Shown here: positions 59,701 to 64,000 of the stretch, piece after piece
How the letters are laid out: each line of letters opens with the position of its first letter
Numbering within the stretch: position 1 is the first letter of the stretch
DNA from: Phoronis australis
Lineage: Eukaryota > Animalia > Phoronida
Length of the DNA stretch: 64,000 bases
Assembly (NCBI GenBank): GCA_002633005.1
Contig: NMRA01000066.1
Location: 248,001 to 312,000, forward strand
Direction: 5' to 3'
Translations under genes and position numbers: made by a program
The notes under the pieces: generated by a model
What the model was told of the DNA's origin: nothing
The model's input: the letters and a program-made list of their open reading frames with translations, nothing else
Databases searched by the model: none

Positions 59701-62700
59701 CCTGTACAAAATTGAGCATAATCACAGGCCTAATAACATAACTTCACATGAGGCTAGTGTCTTAGGTATTTAGTGACATCATGTTAATTCTAGCAAGATG
59801 TTGACACCAAAACCTAGAGCGTGATATGGCCATACCAGGTGTACCTTTCATTCACTAGTTTACACACTCTCAACACACTTGCAACTACGTTTGGATTCTT
59901 TGTCATAACTTAAGAATGCACCCAACTCATCTGCAATACAACAACAACTGTTAAAACTTGTAGAAGACTCCTTACACAAAACTACATCTACCCAGTGCTT
60001 TGAACCTTACCCATTACTTACCAGTCTCACTGGTAGGAACGTTGCCTTGAGAGGAACGTTTGGGGAGAATTTCACTCTCCTTGTATTTATTTTGGCGGAT
60101 ACAACTTTGCTGTAGGTAAGCCATTTGGTGCTACTACCGTGGACTTCGTAGTACGTTTGGAACAGCTTCCAGTTGTTGTAAAGGACAAAGCTGGTTTTCT
60201 GACCTGTCTCCCTCTCTAATAATCAAATGTAAATACAATTATTGCGAGTACACAAGTCAAACAAAAGATTTCCTATGATGTGCCGTACGAAGAATGCCCG
60301 ACAATTAAGCATTCATAGACTGATTCTTCGCTGCGACAGCCCACATAACAGAGAGGGTGTATGTGGAGCTTAGCAACTTCAAAAAATAGATGGCAACGGT
60401 GGTCCTTAAACAGTGCCGTAGACGTTTGATCCGCGCAAATCCTTATGAACCGTGGCCATACCCCTTGATACAAGACCTCCCAAACATGAAGTATCCACGC
60501 TTCCCACACACACCCACGCGCGGGCGCGTGCACATACACACATGCACCCGCACAAACACACACACACGCACACGCACACACACGCAGGCACACGCACACA
60601 AGGCCAGTCAACTAACGGCTCACATGATATGATGCAAAGGAGCTTCACAAGTCTTTTAAAAATTGACGCTTCGTTGAAGTTGAAAACGTACATGCGCACG
60701 CTCCACACGACTTGGTGTTTTAACGAATGCCACTACCTAAAGAGGCACAAGCGTGGTAAACTCTTGAGATATTTGTCGTACCAGTAAATAACCTTTCCTC
60801 TTGTACAGTACAGCGATTTCTTGTTTAAAGAGAAGCAAACCACCGACGTGAAGAAACCGGAAACACGAAATTAGAATTCGATTTTCAACCCTGTTTGACA
60901 CAACTGCAAGCTTCGAGTGCGTCTCACATACACATTTTCTTCATAAAGCTACATTTCTATATAGAATGTCTGTAAATAATTCCCGCATGGTGTAGGCAGA
61001 AACAGCGGAAACGTTTTCCTGCACTAGGCATTTCTTCCTGGCTCCAAATTTTAAAACCATTTAAAATAACCCATACATGCATCGTTTCCAAAAGACGAAA
61101 AGTGACTAACCTTTTGGTTCAACAGCAAGCGCGGGCACATTGATGGTTAAGTCAGTTGCACTGATGTTTTGATTGGCTCCACCATTATACAATGGCTGCA
61201 CTAGGGTTTTTTCCAAACTGTCACCTTTCTCCTTGCTGATCAGCTGGATACCAGTAACTTTGTTGGTAGAATTCACGCCCTGGTCATAAACGGCCACTGC
61301 AATGTTGGGCAATACCTCAAAGAAGTTAGAGTTGCGCTCGAGATGAACTTTGCTGGTAATGGTGTCCAATGCTTCAGTTAGTCTGGAAACATGTCATTCA
61401 AAATGTGGCAATGGCGGTATATTATCATTCTTGCTGTTTGTTAAGAATGTAAGGCGTGCTCTCGTATATACTTGTGGCAAACAAAACGTGGTTTCGGGAT
61501 GCTTTGGCAAATGCTAGATGTCGCATTAATTTGATCAAGCGCAATTATCATGATAAAGGTTTGTCCTAACCAGTGCTATAGTGGGGCACGTAAGCGTAGC
61601 CAACCACCTTTTTGCAATTTAACGTAGCGCCTATGTACCGTAAGTTACGGTATAGTGAGACGTGGGCGCAGTGCTGGCGTAGGCGCAGCCAGCCACCTAT
61701 TTACGTTTTAACGTAGCCCCTGCGCACGTAATTTAATTGACGGTATAGTGGGCCGTAGTCTTCTTGATACGATAGCTTACGGTATCGATGCGCTGCTACG
61801 CTGACGACAGCGTTGTTGCCAAACGTTTTGGTGAGCTCATGATTGGCAAAACTCGGCTATAAGTCTTCAAATGTAAACAGCTCCATTTCATTGAACGCAC
61901 TACATCAACATTTCGAGTTAGCCAGTGAAGACAGAAACCCTGATTGGAAAGATCGGAGCATGTTTTTGGAATCACTGCCATACTTGGAAAGACCCACCTT
62001 GATTCAGAATCTTGCGTTGATACACGGTGTGCTAGAAGAGCTGTCAAGCCCGTGCAGAAACACAGCTATGCCATAAGCATGAAAGCTTATTCGTCGGATG
62101 GTTAGTGTCCTTAGTCTATGGTTGATAATACCGGGCAGGCATTAGCCACTGCACTGACACGCGCTCAAGAGAAGAGGTTTGGGTCACTAGAACCTAGGAA
62201 ACCCTTCAAGGAACAACCGTGAGCATGCGTCCTGCACAAGTTATTCAAAATGTTGTTATGAACTTGGAGCGGCGTTTACTTGACAATGATGAGCAGTCAT
62301 TTTGCTCTTTTCTGAGCATCTTGGACCCCAGAACGTGGCCGATGGGATCTGGGATAAGACATAGCGAGCACGAAATCAAGGATATTTGCGAGAGGTTTGG
62401 GCTGGTTGCCACAAGGGCAGTTGGAGGAATGCGTGAGTTCGTAGCAATGGAGGAGACGGTTAGAGTACACAACCTACCAAGTGCTCTGCGAGAACTGGAC
62501 CTCTGCGTTAAAATCTTTCTTGCAGTACAGGTGAATGTGAGCGAGGATTCAGCGAAATGAATCGGATTGTAACAGACGCTCGCTCTTGTTTGCTATTAGA
62601 AACCACCTTCAGCTTGCTGTTTGGCAAGATTAATGGTCTCCCGCTTTTCATGTTCGACTCAACCTGACGCCGAAACTTCGATTCGACAACATACATGTAG

Positions 62701-64000
62701 TACTGCTCAGTGATAGTTACCAGTTCAGGTCACGTAACTTGGAAAAGAACGAGACTGCCGACAAGAAAATTTGTGGAGGATTTTGTAACTAAACACTCTA
62801 TCTTTGGACAGGTCACTAGTACTCGGTATTTTACCAACTTTAAAAACTAAATGAAAAATAAGAACAGCTGCTTGCAAGAAAGCCTTACTTTGAGTTTAGG
62901 CATTATACATAATCGAGGGCACCTGTGCGCATTGTACATGGTGTTCACCTCATTTATGAAACGTCGGTGCTTGTGTAACATCGTTTCGTGTAATTAGTGC
63001 GTACAAAGTAACATATGCTCGCCGAGTTAAGAAATTTTAAATTAATGTTTCAGGATAAAATAACAATTATGGTGTTGTACTATAGGCAGATAAAGGGGAC
63101 TCGGAGGAACAAAAACACCATCAGCATAACGTTTCTGGGTGTTCCGGGCCTAATCTCCTTTATAGTTGTGTTTGGGCCCCCTCTTCTGATTGGATTGTAC
63201 GCAGATCTCTGCCTTCGAATAGGCCTATGTGTGGTTGGCCCCCCTTTTCTGCGACATCCTAGATACACTGCAGACTCGAAGTAAATATCCACTCGTGAGT
63301 CAAAAATAGGCCTACATGTTTGTGAGTCAGGTTTTTTCGAGTTAAATGGACTTTTGAAATTCATAGCTCAAGGCGATACTCTGGGCTTCAGGCGCCTATT
63401 TAGCTCTATTTTACCACTACAGCAATGGTCCTAACTAAAGCAAGTATGAAGGGATATTTACCGTGATGCAGCATTGAAGAACTTCTGAGACCTTGCGATT
63501 AGAGAAGCATTCATGTTCATTACATTGTTGACGATCTGCAGTACGTTTTTTGTTACCTGCAAAGTTTTAGTTGACAATTCCTTAGACTACAATACACGTG
63601 GTGCCGCTACAGTGCGTGACTACCTGTTTAACAATTGAAACAATCACGTGTCTCAATAATTGTCACTTGTTCAATATTTTTCAAAAAAACTATCATTGTA
63701 GCACAGGTTTTAGAAAAAGTTATTACCATCACATGCGGACGGGGTGCTTTTTCCGTTGTACCGGATTTGCACTTGTCGCACACCAAACGATGTTAAACAA
63801 AAGCTTCGTCATCGAAGCTTAGCCTTTTCATAAAAAGTCAGATATTGTAGTTGAAAAAATCAAGTCTGTGAAAAACTCAACACACATTTACCTGCTGTGA
63901 AATGTTTGTCCAAACTGATATACGATGGACTATGAAAGATACCAAGACGATGTCAACAGAGTTTAACTTGCTTGAGTTTTGCGTTAGGTCAGCAGTTTTG
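56493..64000 (-). CDS. Adhesion GPCR gene B, paralog of gene A; 3' ten exons (GAIN-GPS-7TM), 5' part outside window
   Basis: complement(join(56493-56776,57071-57270,57976-58042,58444-58706,58955-59076,59555-59701,60022-60215,61111-61382,63462-63556,63892->64000)); GT-AG introns, same phases as gene A, no stops in these exons. Confidence 0.9.
57071..57270 (-). CDS. Gene B exon: ECL2, TM5, TM6
   Basis: CWLSRDLFYYGFMIP...; 200 nt as in gene A. Confidence 0.95.
57976..58042 (-). CDS. Gene B exon: TM4 and ECL2
   Basis: ttacag / gtaagt; IPLLFVIIPVAVNPDLYGGKE; 67 nt. Confidence 0.92.
58444..58706 (-). CDS. Gene B exon: TM2 to TM4
   Basis: LLHYLILVSFAWMVVEG; 263 nt. Confidence 0.95.
58955..59076 (-). 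CDS. Gene B exon: TM1
   Basis: gtctag / gtgagc; DIHGTPIDEDNRLALSIISIIGLSLSITGLLCTII; 122 nt. Confidence 0.94.
59555..59701 (-). CDS. Gene B exon: GPS motif
   Basis: CGFWD...FSKEGC...CTCDHLTNFAILL; 147 nt. Confidence 0.96.
60022..60215 (-). CDS. Gene B exon: GAIN subdomain B
   Basis: ttattag / gtaagt; KTSFVLYNNWKLF...SKVVSAKI; 194 nt. Confidence 0.92.
60505..60600. repeat. Imperfect (CA)n microsatellite
   Basis: cacacacacccacgcgcg...acacacacacacgcacacgcacacacacgc. Confidence 0.85.
60601..60736 (-). pseudogene. Decayed PAN pseudo-exon in gene B, relic of gene A exon 17
   Basis: Acceptor ctctttag|gtagtggcattcgtt resembles gene A atcttag|gtattttgcatctgtt. FNFNEAS-(8 extra nt)-KTCE and EPLVDWP match FNFHEVSKACE and EPLDGWS. 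Early in-frame stop, frameshifts and internal deletion. Confidence 0.65.
61111..61382 (-). CDS. Gene B exon: GAIN A/B junction
   Basis: ttccag / gttagt; EVLPNIAVAVYDQG...LTINVPALAVEPK; 272 nt. Confidence 0.92.
61571..63427 (+). mobile_element. Internally deleted, degenerate hAT transposon (ZNF862/KIAA1586-like transposase relic) in a gene B intron
   Basis: Perfect 8-bp TSD GTCCTAAC (61563-70, 63428-35). TIRs CAGTGCTATAGTGG / CCACTACAGCAATG match 12 of 14. Frameshifted C-terminal hAT dimerization motif STGECERGFSEMNRIVTDARSCL near 62520-62590. Confidence 0.88.
63462..63556 (-). CDS. Gene B exon: GAIN subdomain A
   Basis: tttgcag / gtaaat; VTKNVLQIVNNVMNMNASLIARSQKFFNAASR; 95 nt. Confidence 0.9.
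63892..64000 (-). CDS. Gene B exon, cut by window edge: GAIN subdomain A
   Basis: KTADLTQNSSKLNSVDIVLVSFIVHRISVWTNISQQ then gtaaat donor; matches gene A exon 14. Confidence 0.88.

Noticed and set aside
60273-60787. Several overlapping ORFs of about 100 aa
   Set aside because: Open because of the (CA)n microsatellite; only the PAN relic portion is meaningful
61571-61760. Two tandem 70-100 nt repeats resembling an array
   Set aside because: Subterminal repeats of the hAT element; not a CRISPR array, and the DNA is eukaryotic

Overview
Eukaryotic genomic DNA, AT-rich and intron-rich, with four assembly gaps; the gene and repeat content suggests a marine invertebrate (inference). The window holds two paralogous adhesion GPCR genes arranged tail-to-tail. 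Gene A (+ strand, ATG 8646 to stop 51386) was reconstructed by hand as 24 GT-AG coding exons with consistent phases (4002 nt, about 1333 aa). Its order is signal peptide, two C-type lectin domains, Ig-like, SEA-like, HormR, GAIN/GPS, 7TM. Gene B (- strand, 56493 to beyond 64000) shows its last 10 exons (GAIN/GPS-7TM), most of them identical in length to gene A's. The main observation is an intact, symmetric phase 1-1 exon (38097-38345) encoding a PAN/apple domain that splices into the middle of gene A's GAIN domain; the equivalent intron of gene B holds a frameshifted relic of the same exon. Introns and flanks carry many transposon fossils (hAT, Kolobok-like with THAP, Academ-like, LINE, MITEs), a duplicated candidate promoter/first-exon block, and at least 30 copies of TACATGTA. 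All domain and family calls are by eye, without database searches.
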